A program made the position numbers and the translations under genes. Below, one piece after another: positions 46,386 to 56,111 of a stretch of DNA of 64,000 bases (position 1 is its first letter; every line of letters starts with the position of its first letter). This DNA comes from Candidatus Pacearchaeota archaeon. GTDB lineage: Archaea > Nanobdellota > Nanobdellia > Pacearchaeales > GW2011-AR1. Location: NCBI GenBank assembly GCA_050302495.1, contig JBNLBP010000001.1:191269-255268 (forward strand), read 5' to 3'. Under the pieces are notes generated by a model. The model did not search any database. It saw nothing but the letters and a program-made list of their open reading frames with translations, and had not been told where the DNA came from.

Positions 46386-47834
46386 TTAGTATGTTTTACC
46401 TACGTAGACCCAATAAGAAGGTTTGCTGTCACAGAACATACATTTGGAATTCTTTAAGGGCTCGTTTTTTGGATCCAAGAATAATGTTTTTGCACCATTG
46501 GTTTCTTCTTTTAATTTTGATTCACATTTTTCTGAATCACACATTGGTATTTTTACCATCTTTTTATTTTTTATGAGTTTTATGAGTTCTTTTTTATTTT
46601 CTGTTTTCTCAATTGAATTTTTTAAGATTTCTTCTGCTTTGGAATAAAGTTCCCTTTGCATTTCTTCTAGTATTTCTGGTATTTTTTTTGATAGGTTGGA
46701 TATTTTTATTTGGTTTTTTTCAAGAGTGTTTCTTTTTACAAGTGTTACTGAATTCTTTTCTAGGTCTTTTGGTCCAATTTCAATTCTTATGGGCACCCCT
46801 TTTAACTCCCATTCTGAGAACTTTCTTCCTGGAGAATATTCTTCTCTTGAGTCTAAGATTGGGTTGAATTTCTTTAAGACCTTATTTATTTCTTCAGATT
46901 TCTTTATGACTTGTTTTTCTTTTCCTTTGATAATTATTGGAACTATTACGATTTTATTTTCTGCAATTCTTGGGGGGATGACTAACCCTTTATCATCAGA
47001 ATGCATTGCTAACATTGTTCCAAGCATTCTTGTTGTAATTGCATGGGTATTTTGGTGTACTAATTGATCTTTTTCATTTTTGTCTTTGAATTTTATGTCA
47101 TAGGCTTTTGCAAAATTTTGTCCGTCATAGTGGAAACAAGTTCCTTCAATTATTCTCCCGTTTTCAAGATAGTGGTGGACCTTTTCTGTGAATACTGCTC
47201 CGGCAAATTTCTCATTATCTGTTTTCCTTCCTTGGATTCCGGGCAGAGCCATTAGATCTTGAGTTATTTTGTTGTATGCTTTCATTACTTTATTTCCATG
47301 TTCTATAGCTTCTTTTTCAGTTGCAAATGCAGTATGTATTTCGTTCCATAAAAATTCCCTTGTTCTAAAGAAAGGTACGGGGTTGTTAAATTCCCAACGA
47401 ACTACATTACACCATTGGTTTAGTAATAAAGGTAGATCTCTCCAGCTTCTTATCCATTTGGAATACGATTCGTACATGATTGATTCTGATGTTGGACGGA
47501 TTGCAAGTTTTTCACTTAATTTTGTGTTTCCTGCTTGGGTAACCCAAGCTACTTCTGGAGCGAAACCTTCTACATGTTCTGCTTCTTTCTCGAAAGATTT
47601 TTCTGGTATAAATAGTGGGAAGTAACAATTTTTTAATCCTATTTTTTTGAATTCTTCGTCACAAGAGGCTTTTATTTTTTCCCATAGTTGGTAGGATAGA
47701 GGTCTAAATATAATACATCCCGAAACAGAGGAATAATCTGCCAATTCAGATTTAATCATTAATTGAGTGAACCATTCTGTGAAACTTTCTTCTTTTTTTA
47801 TTGTTAATCCTTCTTGGGACTTTTTGCCTGCCAT
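46386..47834 (-). CDS. proS: prolyl-tRNA synthetase (archaeal/eukaryal type)
   Basis: Class-II motifs and a C-terminal zinc-binding tail (CMFCDSKPSYWVYVGKTY) typical of archaeal ProRS. ATG at 47832-47834; the ORF-track start is TTG. Confidence 0.85.
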   Translation of the reverse strand: MAGKKSQEGLTIKKEESFTEWFTQLMIKSELADYSSVSGCIIFRPLSYQLWEKIKASCDEEFKKIGLKNCYFPLFIPEKSFEKEAEHVEGFAPEVAWVTQAGNTKLSEKLAIRPTSESIMYESYSKWIRSWRDLPLLLNQWCNVVRWEFNNPVPFFRTREFLWNEIHTAFATEKEAIEHGNKVMKAYNKITQDLMALPGIQGRKTDNEKFAGAVFTEKVHHYLENGRIIEGTCFHYDGQNFAKAYDIKFKDKNEKDQLVHQNTHAITTRMLGTMLAMHSDDKGLVIPPRIAENKIVIVPIIIKGKEKQVIKKSEEINKVLKKFNPILDSREEYSPGRKFSEWELKGVPIRIEIGPKDLEKNSVTLVKRNTLEKNQIKISNLSKKIPEILEEMQRELYSKAEEILKNSIEKTENKKELIKLIKNKKMVKIPMCDSEKCESKLKEETNGAKTLFLDPKNEPLKNSKCMFCDSKPSYWVYVGKTY

Positions 47835-47880
47835 TAGGAAATAAGGCAAGAAGGTTATTTAAAATATTTGATTGATAATT

Positions 47881-47888
47881 TTTTAAAT
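47881..47888 (+). promoter_or_regulatory. TATA-like box for tRNA-Arg
   Basis: TTTTAAAT centred 27 nt upstream of the tRNA 5' end. Confidence 0.4.
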
Positions 47889-47911
47889 GGTGTAATTGTA
47901 GTATTTTTGTA

Positions 47912-47983
47912 GGGCGCATAGTTCAACGGATAGAACGCTAGGTTTCGGCCCTGGCGATGGAGGTTCGATTCCTCCTGCGCTCA
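47912..47983 (+). tRNA. tRNA-Arg (anticodon TCG)
   Basis: GGGCGCA-TA-GTTC-AACGGATA-GAAC-G-CTAGG-TTTCGGC-CCTGG-CGAT-GGAGG-TTCGATT-CCTCC-TGCGCTC-A. 72 nt. Confidence 0.85.
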
Positions 47984-48026
47984 TTTATTCAAAACTTTTT
48001 TATATGTTTATTTGCTTTTTCATTGT

Positions 48027-49151
48027 ATGAGGGGTAAGAATTCAATAACTGCAATTTCTGTTTTGGTTGGGGCATGTATTGGTGCAGGGGTTTTAGGTAT
48101 ACCTTATGTTGCATCGAAATCTGGTTTTCTTATCGCATTGATTTATATTGTTGTCTTGGGAGCGGTTATGCTTTTTACCAATCTTTGTATTGGCGAGGTT
48201 TCTTTGAGGACAAGAGATGACCATCAGCTTGTAGGATATGCTGAAAAGTATCTGGGCATGAGAGGTAGGAGGTGGATGGAATTTGCAACAATCTTTGGTA
48301 TTTATGCTGCAATAATTGCTTATTTAGTGGGAGTTGGAGATAGTTTGAGTTTCCTTATATTTGGGAATATGGATTATTCTGTTCTTTTGGGGGTTTTATT
48401 TGGGGGTTTGATGTCTCTTATTATTTGGAATGGTCTTGGTTCCCTTAAGCAGTTTGAGAGAGCAGGAGTTTTCTTTATTCTTATTTTGATGTTGATAATA
48501 TTCTTTATTTTTATTGGAGATGTAAATCTTGCAAACCTTGCTTACTTAGATAAGTTTAATTTTCTTCTGCCTTTTGGGGTTGTCTTATTTGCTTTGATGA
48601 GTTTCCATGCTATCCCGGAGGTTTCTTTGGTTTTGGGTAATGGAAAGGCTAAACTTAAGAAAGTTTTATTCTGGGGAACGATAATCTCTATAATTTTCTA
48701 CATCTTGTTTACTTTAGTTGTTGTTGGGTTTAAAGGATTTGATACTCCTCAAATTGCAACTCTTGCTTTGGGAAGTATTTTTGTTGTTTTGGGTATATTG
48801 ACAATGTTTACCTCTTATCTTGCTTTAGGTAATGCACTTCAGGAAGATTTTATTTTTGATGATCATTTCTTGAGGAGGAAATCTTGGGTTCTTTCGGCAG
48901 TTGTTCCAATCTTTTTGTATCTTGTTGTTAGTTTCTTTGATTTCTTTTCTTTTACCAAGATATTGTCTATAGGAGGGGTTGTCTCGGGAGGGATAATTGC
49001 TGTTTTAAGTTTGCTTATGACAAAAAAAGCTAAGATTCAGGGAGATAGAAAACCAGAATATAGTGTGCCTTTGAGCTGGGTTGTTATAATCTTGTTTGTG
49101 TTGATTTTTGCATTTGGAGTTGTAAGGGAAGTATTTCTTGCTTTGAGGTAA
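48027..49151 (+). CDS. amino-acid permease-like transporter (about 11 TM)
   Basis: GAGVLGIPYV near the N-terminus and a multi-TM topology resemble amino-acid/aromatic permeases. Confidence 0.55.
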   Translation: MRGKNSITAISVLVGACIGAGVLGIPYVASKSGFLIALIYIVVLGAVMLFTNLCIGEVSLRTRDDHQLVGYAEKYLGMRGRRWMEFATIFGIYAAIIAYLVGVGDSLSFLIFGNMDYSVLLGVLFGGLMSLIIWNGLGSLKQFERAGVFFILILMLIIFFIFIGDVNLANLAYLDKFNFLLPFGVVLFALMSFHAIPEVSLVLGNGKAKLKKVLFWGTIISIIFYILFTLVVVGFKGFDTPQIATLALGSIFVVLGILTMFTSYLALGNALQEDFIFDDHFLRRKSWVLSAVVPIFLYLVVSFFDFFSFTKILSIGGVVSGGIIAVLSLLMTKKAKIQGDRKPEYSVPLSWVVIILFVLIFAFGVVREVFLALR

Positions 49152-49188
49152 CCAACAGATTTTTAATTAGTTGGTTCTTTTTCTAGTC

Positions 49189-50487
49189 ATGGTAAAAATT
49201 AATGCTTATCCTGGAGATAGAGTAGAACTGCATTTTATGAAGACTATTTATGAAGGTACTTTGATTGAAAGTCCCGAGTCGGATAAAGGGGTTGTTTTGT
49301 TAAAGTTAGATAATGGGTATAATATTGGTTTTAATAAGAAAGACGTTATGAAGACAAAAGTTCTTAAGAAATCTAAATCTGTTGAAGAAAAAATTGAAAT
49401 TAAGAAAAATCCTTCTAAACCAAATATTGGGATGATAATTACTGGAGGTACAATTGCAGCTAGACTTAATCCTAAGAAAGGAGGGGTTGATTGGTTGGAT
49501 ACTCCAGAGAGTTTATTTAGATTTTATCCGGAAATTTTTGAGAAAGTTAACGTTTCAAAAGTTGAAATTCCTTTTATGAAAGCTTCAGAAGATATGGATT
49601 ATAGGGATTGGCAGAAGATAGCTAGATCTTGTGAGAAATTACTCAATGATTCAAATGTACAGGGTGTTGTAATTACTCATGGGACTGATTTTTTGCATTA
49701 TACTGCTAGTGCTTTAAGTTTTTTCTTTTCTGATAAATTAACTAAACCAATTGTTTTAACATATTCCCAGAGGAGTATTGATCGTGCTTCGAGTGATGCA
49801 AATTTGAATCTGGTTTGTTCTGCAGAGATTGCGGGTTTGAGTGAGATTGCTGAGGTTGTTTTGGTAGGACATAGTAGTTCCAATGATGATTATTGTTATG
49901 TTATGCCTGGTACCAAAGTTAAGAAGATGCATACTTCAAGAAGAGATGCTTTTCATGTTATTAATGATACTCCTATTGCAAAAGTGTTTTCTGATGGGAA
50001 CTTGGAAGTTTTGGATAATTACAATAAAAGAAAAAAAGGGAAGGTTAAATCTGATTTGAAGTTTGAAGATAAAATTGCTCTGGTTAAGATTTATCCTGGG
50101 CAGGATCCGGGAATACTTGACTGGTATGTTAAGAACAAGTATAAAGGAATTATTTTAGAGGTCTCTGGTTTGGCCCATGTTCCAACAATGAGGTCTAGAA
50201 CAGGATGGACTAAAAAATTGAAAGAAATAATTTCTAAGGGGATTGTTGTTTGTGCAACTGCTCAGACAATCAACGGAAGGTTAGACCCTTATGTTTATTC
50301 TAATGGAAGGGAAGTGTTAGATGCGGGAGTTATATTCTTGAAAGATATGTTGTCTGAGACGGCTTTGACTAAATTGGGATGGGTTTTAGGACATGAAGCT
50401 TGGGCTAAAGATAAGAAACTTGTGAAGGAAAAAATGTTAGAAAATATTTCCAGGGAATTTAATGATCGTTTGGAATTTGAGAATTAA
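49189..50487 (+). CDS. gatD: Glu-tRNA(Gln) amidotransferase subunit D
   Basis: Asparaginase-like domain motifs ITGGTIAA and HGTDFLHYTA (threonine-containing HGTDT-like). An N-terminal GatD-specific domain is present. Confidence 0.8.
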   Translation: MVKINAYPGDRVELHFMKTIYEGTLIESPESDKGVVLLKLDNGYNIGFNKKDVMKTKVLKKSKSVEEKIEIKKNPSKPNIGMIITGGTIAARLNPKKGGVDWLDTPESLFRFYPEIFEKVNVSKVEIPFMKASEDMDYRDWQKIARSCEKLLNDSNVQGVVITHGTDFLHYTASALSFFFSDKLTKPIVLTYSQRSIDRASSDANLNLVCSAEIAGLSEIAEVVLVGHSSSNDDYCYVMPGTKVKKMHTSRRDAFHVINDTPIAKVFSDGNLEVLDNYNKRKKGKVKSDLKFEDKIALVKIYPGQDPGILDWYVKNKYKGIILEVSGLAHVPTMRSRTGWTKKLKEIISKGIVVCATAQTINGRLDPYVYSNGREVLDAGVIFLKDMLSETALTKLGWVLGHEAWAKDKKLVKEKMLENISREFNDRLEFEN

Positions 50488-50488
50488 T

Positions 50489-50920
50489 TTATTTTTTTCC
50501 GCCTATTTTTCTATCTATTCTATCTAGAACTTTCTTTAGATCTTGTATTTCTCTTTCAGCTTTTCTATTAACTGCGTAATCGTATTCGGCTCTTTGCCTG
50601 TCTTTTTGAGCTTCCCTATTTTGACTCATAAGTATTATCGGAGCTTGTATTGCCGCTAAGCAAGATAATGCAAGGTTTAGTAATATGAATGGATAGGGGT
50701 CCCATGTTTTTCCGAAAAGTATCCATGAACTATTTACTATTATCCATAGAACTAAAACTACTAGAAATCCGATTATAAATCCCCAACTACCCGCAACTTT
50801 TGTTAACGCATCTGCAGATTTCTCTCCGAATGTTCTTGGGAGTATGTTTGGGTGAGTTATCATTTCTATAACTCCTTTTTTATTTTTCTTTAGAGATATT
50901 CTATCCTCTTTTTCTGCCAT
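50489..50920 (-). CDS. DUF1003 family membrane protein
   Basis: DPYPFILLNLALSCLAAIQAPIILMSQNREAQKDRQRAEYDYAVNRKAEREI matches the DUF1003 consensus. Confidence 0.65.
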   Translation of the reverse strand: MAEKEDRISLKKNKKGVIEMITHPNILPRTFGEKSADALTKVAGSWGFIIGFLVVLVLWIIVNSSWILFGKTWDPYPFILLNLALSCLAAIQAPIILMSQNREAQKDRQRAEYDYAVNRKAEREIQDLKKVLDRIDRKIGGKK

Positions 50921-50999
50921 ATTATTTCTTGTGTAAAATTGGTTATAAATTTATTGTTTTTTTGGGAAGCTTTAAATAATTCTTAAAATTGTTGTTTTT

Positions 51000-52460
51000 A
51001 TGTCAGAATTAATTGATTATGCTAAATTAAAATTTAAGTCTGGTTTAGAGATTCATCAGCAGTTAGATGCTAATGGAAAGAAATTATTTTGTGATTGTCC
51101 TGCTGTTCTTAGGAGTGATGAGCCTGATTCTTCTGTCAAGAGAAGACTTCATGCTGTTGCAGGAGAGAGTGGGGAAGTTGATGTTGCTGCAAAATATCAG
51201 GCTTCTTTAAACAAAACATTTGTTTACAAAGGTCATAAAGAGAACTCTTGTTTAATTGATTTTGATGAAGAACCTCCGCATGAAATTAATCCAGAGGCTT
51301 TGAAAATTGGAGTTCAGATTGCTTTGCTTTTGAATTGTAATATTATTCCTGTTGCTCAAATAATGAGGAAGACTGTTGTTGACGGGTCAAATACTTCTGG
51401 ATTTCAGAGAACCGTTTTAATTGCAAGGGACGGTTATGTTGAAACGTCTTCTGGAAAAGTAGGAATTGACACCGTATGTATCGAAGAAGATTCTGCTAGA
51501 AAAATTAAATCTGAGAAAGAGGAGGTTCATTATACTTTGGACAGATTGGGAATACCTTTAATTGAAATTGCTACATCTCCCGATATTAAAACTCCTGAAC
51601 AGGCTAAGGAAGTTGCTTTGTATATTGGAGAGGTATTAAGAAGTTGCAAAGTTAAGAGAGGTCTTGGAACTATAAGACAGGATGTCAATATTTCTATACG
51701 TGGAGAGAATCGGGTTGAGTTGAAAGGTATGCAGGATATGAAGACTTTTTTGAATACAATTGATAATGAAGTTCTTAGACAGAAAGAATTATCTGATAAA
51801 AAAAATCCTACTCCTGCAGAAGTAAGAAATGCATTGAATGACAAGGATTTTGGGACAGAATTTCTTAGGCCTATGCCTGGAGCAGATAGAATGTATCCTG
51901 AGACTGATTTGCCTTTATTGAAAATTTCTAGAGATTTCATAAACGAATGTAAGAAAGATCTTCCTAAGCTAAGAAGTGATATTGCAGGAGAATTGAAAGA
52001 AAAAGGTTTGAGTGAAGAAATGATTAAACTCTTATTGAAGATGGATAGAATTAATGAATTTAAGGATTTGCTTAATGTTTATGACAAGGTTAATTTTGTT
52101 GCAAAAATGATGTTACTTTTCCCTAAAGAAATTTCTTCAAAAGAAAATAAGAGTTTAGAAGAAGTTGAAGAAATCTTGAGTGATTATTATGTGGAGATTC
52201 TTAAGAAAATAAGAGATAAAGAGCTTCTAGAAAGTGATGTGAAGGACATATTGATCAAATTAACTAAGGGCGAAGAATTTGATAAGGCTGTAAAAGTAGA
52301 AAAGAAAGATACTTCTGAAGTGGAGGAGAAGATATTGAAATTGATAAAAGAAAAACCTGGATTGAATGCTAATGCATATATGGGATTAGTTATGAAAGAG
52401 TTTAAAGGACAGATTAATGGGAAGGAAGTTATGGAGATAGTAAATAAACTTTTAAAGTAG
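51000..52460 (+). CDS. gatE: Glu-tRNA(Gln) amidotransferase subunit E (GatB/GatE family; short form)
   Basis: N-terminal KSGLEIHQQLD..KLFCDC core and C-terminal GatB/YqeY-like helical domain. Called GatE because gatD lies 500 nt upstream. 486 aa, shorter than the typical about 620-aa GatE. Confidence 0.7.
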   Translation: MSELIDYAKLKFKSGLEIHQQLDANGKKLFCDCPAVLRSDEPDSSVKRRLHAVAGESGEVDVAAKYQASLNKTFVYKGHKENSCLIDFDEEPPHEINPEALKIGVQIALLLNCNIIPVAQIMRKTVVDGSNTSGFQRTVLIARDGYVETSSGKVGIDTVCIEEDSARKIKSEKEEVHYTLDRLGIPLIEIATSPDIKTPEQAKEVALYIGEVLRSCKVKRGLGTIRQDVNISIRGENRVELKGMQDMKTFLNTIDNEVLRQKELSDKKNPTPAEVRNALNDKDFGTEFLRPMPGADRMYPETDLPLLKISRDFINECKKDLPKLRSDIAGELKEKGLSEEMIKLLLKMDRINEFKDLLNVYDKVNFVAKMMLLFPKEISSKENKSLEEVEEILSDYYVEILKKIRDKELLESDVKDILIKLTKGEEFDKAVKVEKKDTSEVEEKILKLIKEKPGLNANAYMGLVMKEFKGQINGKEVMEIVNKLLK

Positions 52461-52477
52461 ATTTTGATGGTTTTATT

Positions 52478-53296
52478 ATGAAAATTCTAGTAGTTGGAGA
52501 TCCTCATGGAGATATGAAGAAACTTTCGAAAGTTCCGAATAAAGATATTGATTTAGTTTTATGTACTGGTGATGTTGGCAAAGCAGATTTCGCGAGAAAA
52601 TTTTTCTTTGAAAACATAAAAAGAAAACAACAAGGGCTAGAAGAACTTGAATATGACGGAGAGGCTTTAAAAAAATCTTACAAAGAAATTTGTGATTCTT
52701 CCTTAGATGTTTGGAAATATCTTTCAAAGATTGCACCAACATACTCCATCTTAGGGAATGTTGGAATGAGCATGATTTATGATTCAGAAGTTAAAAAAGA
52801 TGAAAAGAAATACAACATAAAACTACCTTCATTAAGACAAGGAATGAATAAAATTGATAATTTTTATTTCATAAGAAATGTTGTCAGAAATATCAATGGG
52901 CTAAGAATTGGTTTTTTAGAATATTTTAATGATGTCTGTTGGAATAAAGAATTTGGAACAAAAGATAAAAAGAAAATCTCAAAGGCGAAAAATGAAACTG
53001 CAAAAGCAAAAAGGTTTTTGAATAATTTTGGTGGTTTGGATATCCTTGTTTGCCACCAGCCTCCGTTTGGATACCTTGATAAGGTTTCTGGGAAATGGGG
53101 AGCTCCGAAAAATTATGTGGGAAAACATGCTGGAAGTAAAGTTATTTTAAATTATATAAAAAAATACAATCCAAAATATGTTTTTTGTGGACACATTCAT
53201 GAAGGAGAAGGAAAAGCAAAGATTGGGAAATCTGAGATCTACAATTTGGGTGTTGCATCTTATAAAGTTATTGAAATGACAAAATCAAAATCTTAA
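52478..53296 (+). CDS. metallophosphoesterase (calcineurin-like)
   Basis: VVGDPHGD, LCTGDVG, VCHQPPFG, FCGHIHEGEG are the standard MPE metal-binding motifs. Confidence 0.75.
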   Translation: MKILVVGDPHGDMKKLSKVPNKDIDLVLCTGDVGKADFARKFFFENIKRKQQGLEELEYDGEALKKSYKEICDSSLDVWKYLSKIAPTYSILGNVGMSMIYDSEVKKDEKKYNIKLPSLRQGMNKIDNFYFIRNVVRNINGLRIGFLEYFNDVCWNKEFGTKDKKKISKAKNETAKAKRFLNNFGGLDILVCHQPPFGYLDKVSGKWGAPKNYVGKHAGSKVILNYIKKYNPKYVFCGHIHEGEGKAKIGKSEIYNLGVASYKVIEMTKSKS

Positions 53297-53301
53297 TAAA
53301 T
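53283..53301. repeat. 19-nt direct repeat copy 1 (AATCAAAATCTTAATAAAT) at the 3' end of the MPE gene
   Basis: Identical 19-mer recurs at 53663-53681, at the 3' end of the next gene. Both genes therefore end ...KSKS-stop. Confidence 0.6.
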
Positions 53302-53322
53302 GGTTTTTTCTTCTATACACTT

Positions 53323-53676
53323 ATGGACCCAGAGAAAAGAGGAGTGTGGAGAGCGGTTTTGCTTGTGACTTTGCTTTTTTCCTTAATTTTTGTTTCTGCG
53401 AAAGTTTTTCAGAAATTTGAAGGGTGGAGTTTTATTGATGCAATTTATTTTACTGTTATCACCTTTACAACTATTGGCTACGGGGATTTAACCCCTCAGA
53501 CTTCAGTAGGGAAGATTTTTACTATAGCGTTTTCTTTTTTGGGAATAGTTATTGTATTTTATGTTGTTTCTTTAGTGGGGAGTCATGTTTTCAAAAAGAA
53601 GATTGATCAAAAAGTGAACCAAATAAAACAAGCAACCAAAGAACAGGAATCTGTTAAAAAGGAATCAAAATCTTAA
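53323..53676 (+). CDS. minimal two-TM potassium channel
   Basis: Selectivity filter TTIGYGD between two TM helices. 117 aa. Confidence 0.75.
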   Translation: MDPEKRGVWRAVLLVTLLFSLIFVSAKVFQKFEGWSFIDAIYFTVITFTTIGYGDLTPQTSVGKIFTIAFSFLGIVIVFYVVSLVGSHVFKKKIDQKVNQIKQATKEQESVKKESKS

Positions 53677-53681
53677 TAAAT
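53663..53681. repeat. 19-nt direct repeat copy 2
   Basis: Same 19-mer as 53283-53301, covering the last codons and stop of the K-channel gene. Confidence 0.6.
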
Positions 53682-53703
53682 ACTTCTTGATTGGTTAAGA
53701 TGC

Positions 53704-54984
53704 ATGGAACAGACTTATGTTAAAGATTTGAGGACTTCTTCTAAGGAAGTTTTGTTGAAAGGTTGGGTTTATGAGATAAGAAATCTAGCTAAGCTTGGAT
53801 TTGTTCTTTTGCGAGATAGAACTGGAATTGTTCAATGTGTTGCTAAATCTGAAGATATTATGGCTAAGATTTCGGGGTTGTCTTTAGAGAGTGCAGTTGA
53901 AATTACTGGGAAAGTTAAAAGTGCTAAGGTTAAGGCGGAATTTACTAGAGATGATGTTGAAATTGAAGTTACGGGATTAGAAGTTATCTCTATTGCGGGT
54001 AAATTACCTATACATGTTAATGAAAAAAATGAAAAACCTGCTTCATTCCAGAATAGACTTGACTATAGGTTTTTGGATATTAGAAAACCAAAGGTTCAGG
54101 CAGTTTTTGAGATACAATCAACAATAATGAGTGCGTATAGAGAGTTTATGATCAAAGAGGAAGGGGCTTTAGAAGCGGTATTTCCTTCAATAATTGCAGC
54201 TAGTTCTGAAGGCGGTACTGAATTATACAAATTGAAATATTTTGAAAAAGATGCTTATTTATCTCAGAGCTGCCAATTGTATAAACAAATGATTGCTTGT
54301 TCTTTAGAGAAGGTTTTTACAATCTTTACTGTTTGGAGAGCAGAAAAGCATAATACTCCTAGACATTTAAATGAATCAAGGCAGCTGGATTATGAGCAGA
54401 GTTTTGCCGATGAGTTTAAGGTTATGGATGTTTTGGCTAGGTGCGTTCAGTTTGTTATACAGAAAGTTATAGACACTAATAAAAGAGAACTAGATATTTT
54501 GGGTCTGAGTTTGAAGATTCCTAAGACTAAATATCTTACTTTTGAAGAAACAAATCAGTTATTGAGAAAAAACAAGATACATACAGAGAAATTAGATTTG
54601 ACTGGAGATGGAGAGAAGAAATTAGGGGAATTATTTCCAGATACAATTGTTTTTGTTCATGATTGGCCTATAGAGGGAAAACCCTTTTACATAATGCCTA
54701 AGGGAGATGGTTTAAGCGGAGGATTTGATGCTATTTATCAAGGCATGGAAATTTCTTCGGGTGGGCAGAGAGTACATATTCCAGAATTGCTTGAAAAGAG
54801 GTTGAAAGTTAAAGGTTTGAATCCTAAGGACTTTAAGGGTTATATTGATAGCTTTAGATATGGTGCTCCGCCTCATGCTGGATGGGGTCTTGGTTTGGAA
54901 AGATTAACTATGCTAATTTTAGGGCTAGAAAATATAAGAGAGGCAGTTTTGTTCCCTAGAGATAGGACAAGATTAACTCCTTAA
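53704..54984 (+). CDS. aspS: aspartyl-tRNA synthetase (archaeal type)
   Basis: Class-IIb synthetase. Motif-2 region WRAEKHNTPRHLNESRQLDYEQSF (RHLNE...D.E pattern of AspRS) and C-terminal GAPPHAGWGLGLERL...FPRDRTRLTP. Confidence 0.8.
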   Translation: MEQTYVKDLRTSSKEVLLKGWVYEIRNLAKLGFVLLRDRTGIVQCVAKSEDIMAKISGLSLESAVEITGKVKSAKVKAEFTRDDVEIEVTGLEVISIAGKLPIHVNEKNEKPASFQNRLDYRFLDIRKPKVQAVFEIQSTIMSAYREFMIKEEGALEAVFPSIIAASSEGGTELYKLKYFEKDAYLSQSCQLYKQMIACSLEKVFTIFTVWRAEKHNTPRHLNESRQLDYEQSFADEFKVMDVLARCVQFVIQKVIDTNKRELDILGLSLKIPKTKYLTFEETNQLLRKNKIHTEKLDLTGDGEKKLGELFPDTIVFVHDWPIEGKPFYIMPKGDGLSGGFDAIYQGMEISSGGQRVHIPELLEKRLKVKGLNPKDFKGYIDSFRYGAPPHAGWGLGLERLTMLILGLENIREAVLFPRDRTRLTP

Positions 54985-55035
54985 AGATTTTTATTTCCTA
55001 ATAAGATATATAAAAGAAAATGTCTTTTTCAGATA

Positions 55036-56079
55036 ATGTTAACTAAGAAACAAGTTTCTGAAATTAAGGATCACTTGGATAAGGCGCAAAATCCTCTTTT
55101 TCTTTTTGACAACGATCAGGATGGTTTGTGTAGCTATCTTTTGTTGAGAAGATTCTGTGGAAAAGGAAAAGGTTTCCCAATAAAAGGAAATGATTTGTCA
55201 ATAGACTATTTTAGGAAGATTCATGAGCTGGAAGCTGATTATATTTTTGTTTTAGATAAGCCACGAATTTCTCCAGAATTCTTTGAAGAGCTTAAGAAAT
55301 TCAACATTCCTTTGGTTTGGATAGATCACCATGAAAATGATAGGAAAACAATCCCGAAGTTTATTTTTTATTATAATCCTTTATACAATAGAAAGAAGAG
55401 TAACGAGCCTGTTACTGCCTTATGTTATCAGATTTCAGGTAAGAAGGAAGATTTGTGGTTGGGGATGGTAGGTTGTATATCTGACAGGTTTATTCCTGAT
55501 TTTTATAAGAATTTTAAGAAAGAATATCCTGAATTGTGTTTAGATGATAAGAAGCCAAAGGCTTTTGATTTGCTTTACAAGTCTGAGATTGGGAAAGTAG
55601 CTAGAATATTTGGCTTTGGAATAAAAGATAAAACTACTAATGTAATTGGGATGATGAATTTCTTAGTTAAGTCTAGTGGTCCTTACGATGTTCTACAAGA
55701 GAATAATTTTAATAAGGTCTTTTATAAGAGATTTTTAGATATTGAGAAAAAATATTCTTCAATAATGAGTAAGGCTAGGAGTAAAGTTGATGAATCTAAA
55801 GTTTTGTTTTTTGAATATTCAGGAGAGATAAGTATGAGTTCTGAGATATCCAATGGTTTGAGTTATCTGTTTTCAGATAAGGTTATTGTTGTGGTTTATG
55901 CTAAGGGCCCTAGAGTAAACATTTCTGTTAGAGGTTTGAAAGTTAGAGATAAAATTGTCAAGATTATATCCAAGTTAGATAGTGCAACCGGAGGAGGGCA
56001 TGAAAATGCGGTTGGGGGCCAGATAAGGAAAGAGGATTTGGAAAAATTTGAAGAAATGGTTAGAAAGGCCTTTAGCTAA
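55036..56079 (+). CDS. DHH/DHHA1 family phosphoesterase (RecJ-like / nanoRNase-like)
   Basis: Motifs LFDNDQDGLCS (DHH motif I/II-like), WIDHHEN (DHH), and C-terminal TGGGHENAVG (DHHA1 GGGH). Confidence 0.7.
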   Translation: MLTKKQVSEIKDHLDKAQNPLFLFDNDQDGLCSYLLLRRFCGKGKGFPIKGNDLSIDYFRKIHELEADYIFVLDKPRISPEFFEELKKFNIPLVWIDHHENDRKTIPKFIFYYNPLYNRKKSNEPVTALCYQISGKKEDLWLGMVGCISDRFIPDFYKNFKKEYPELCLDDKKPKAFDLLYKSEIGKVARIFGFGIKDKTTNVIGMMNFLVKSSGPYDVLQENNFNKVFYKRFLDIEKKYSSIMSKARSKVDESKVLFFEYSGEISMSSEISNGLSYLFSDKVIVVVYAKGPRVNISVRGLKVRDKIVKIISKLDSATGGGHENAVGGQIRKEDLEKFEEMVRKAFS

Positions 56080-56111
56080 ATTTTTATAAATAGCTTATTG
56101 TTTTTACTCTT

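Noticed and set aside
51530-51940. 136-aa minus-strand ORF inside gatE, and similar antisense ORFs inside leuS, alaS, proS and the giant gene
   Set aside because: All overlap strongly supported conserved genes on the opposite strand. No independent evidence.
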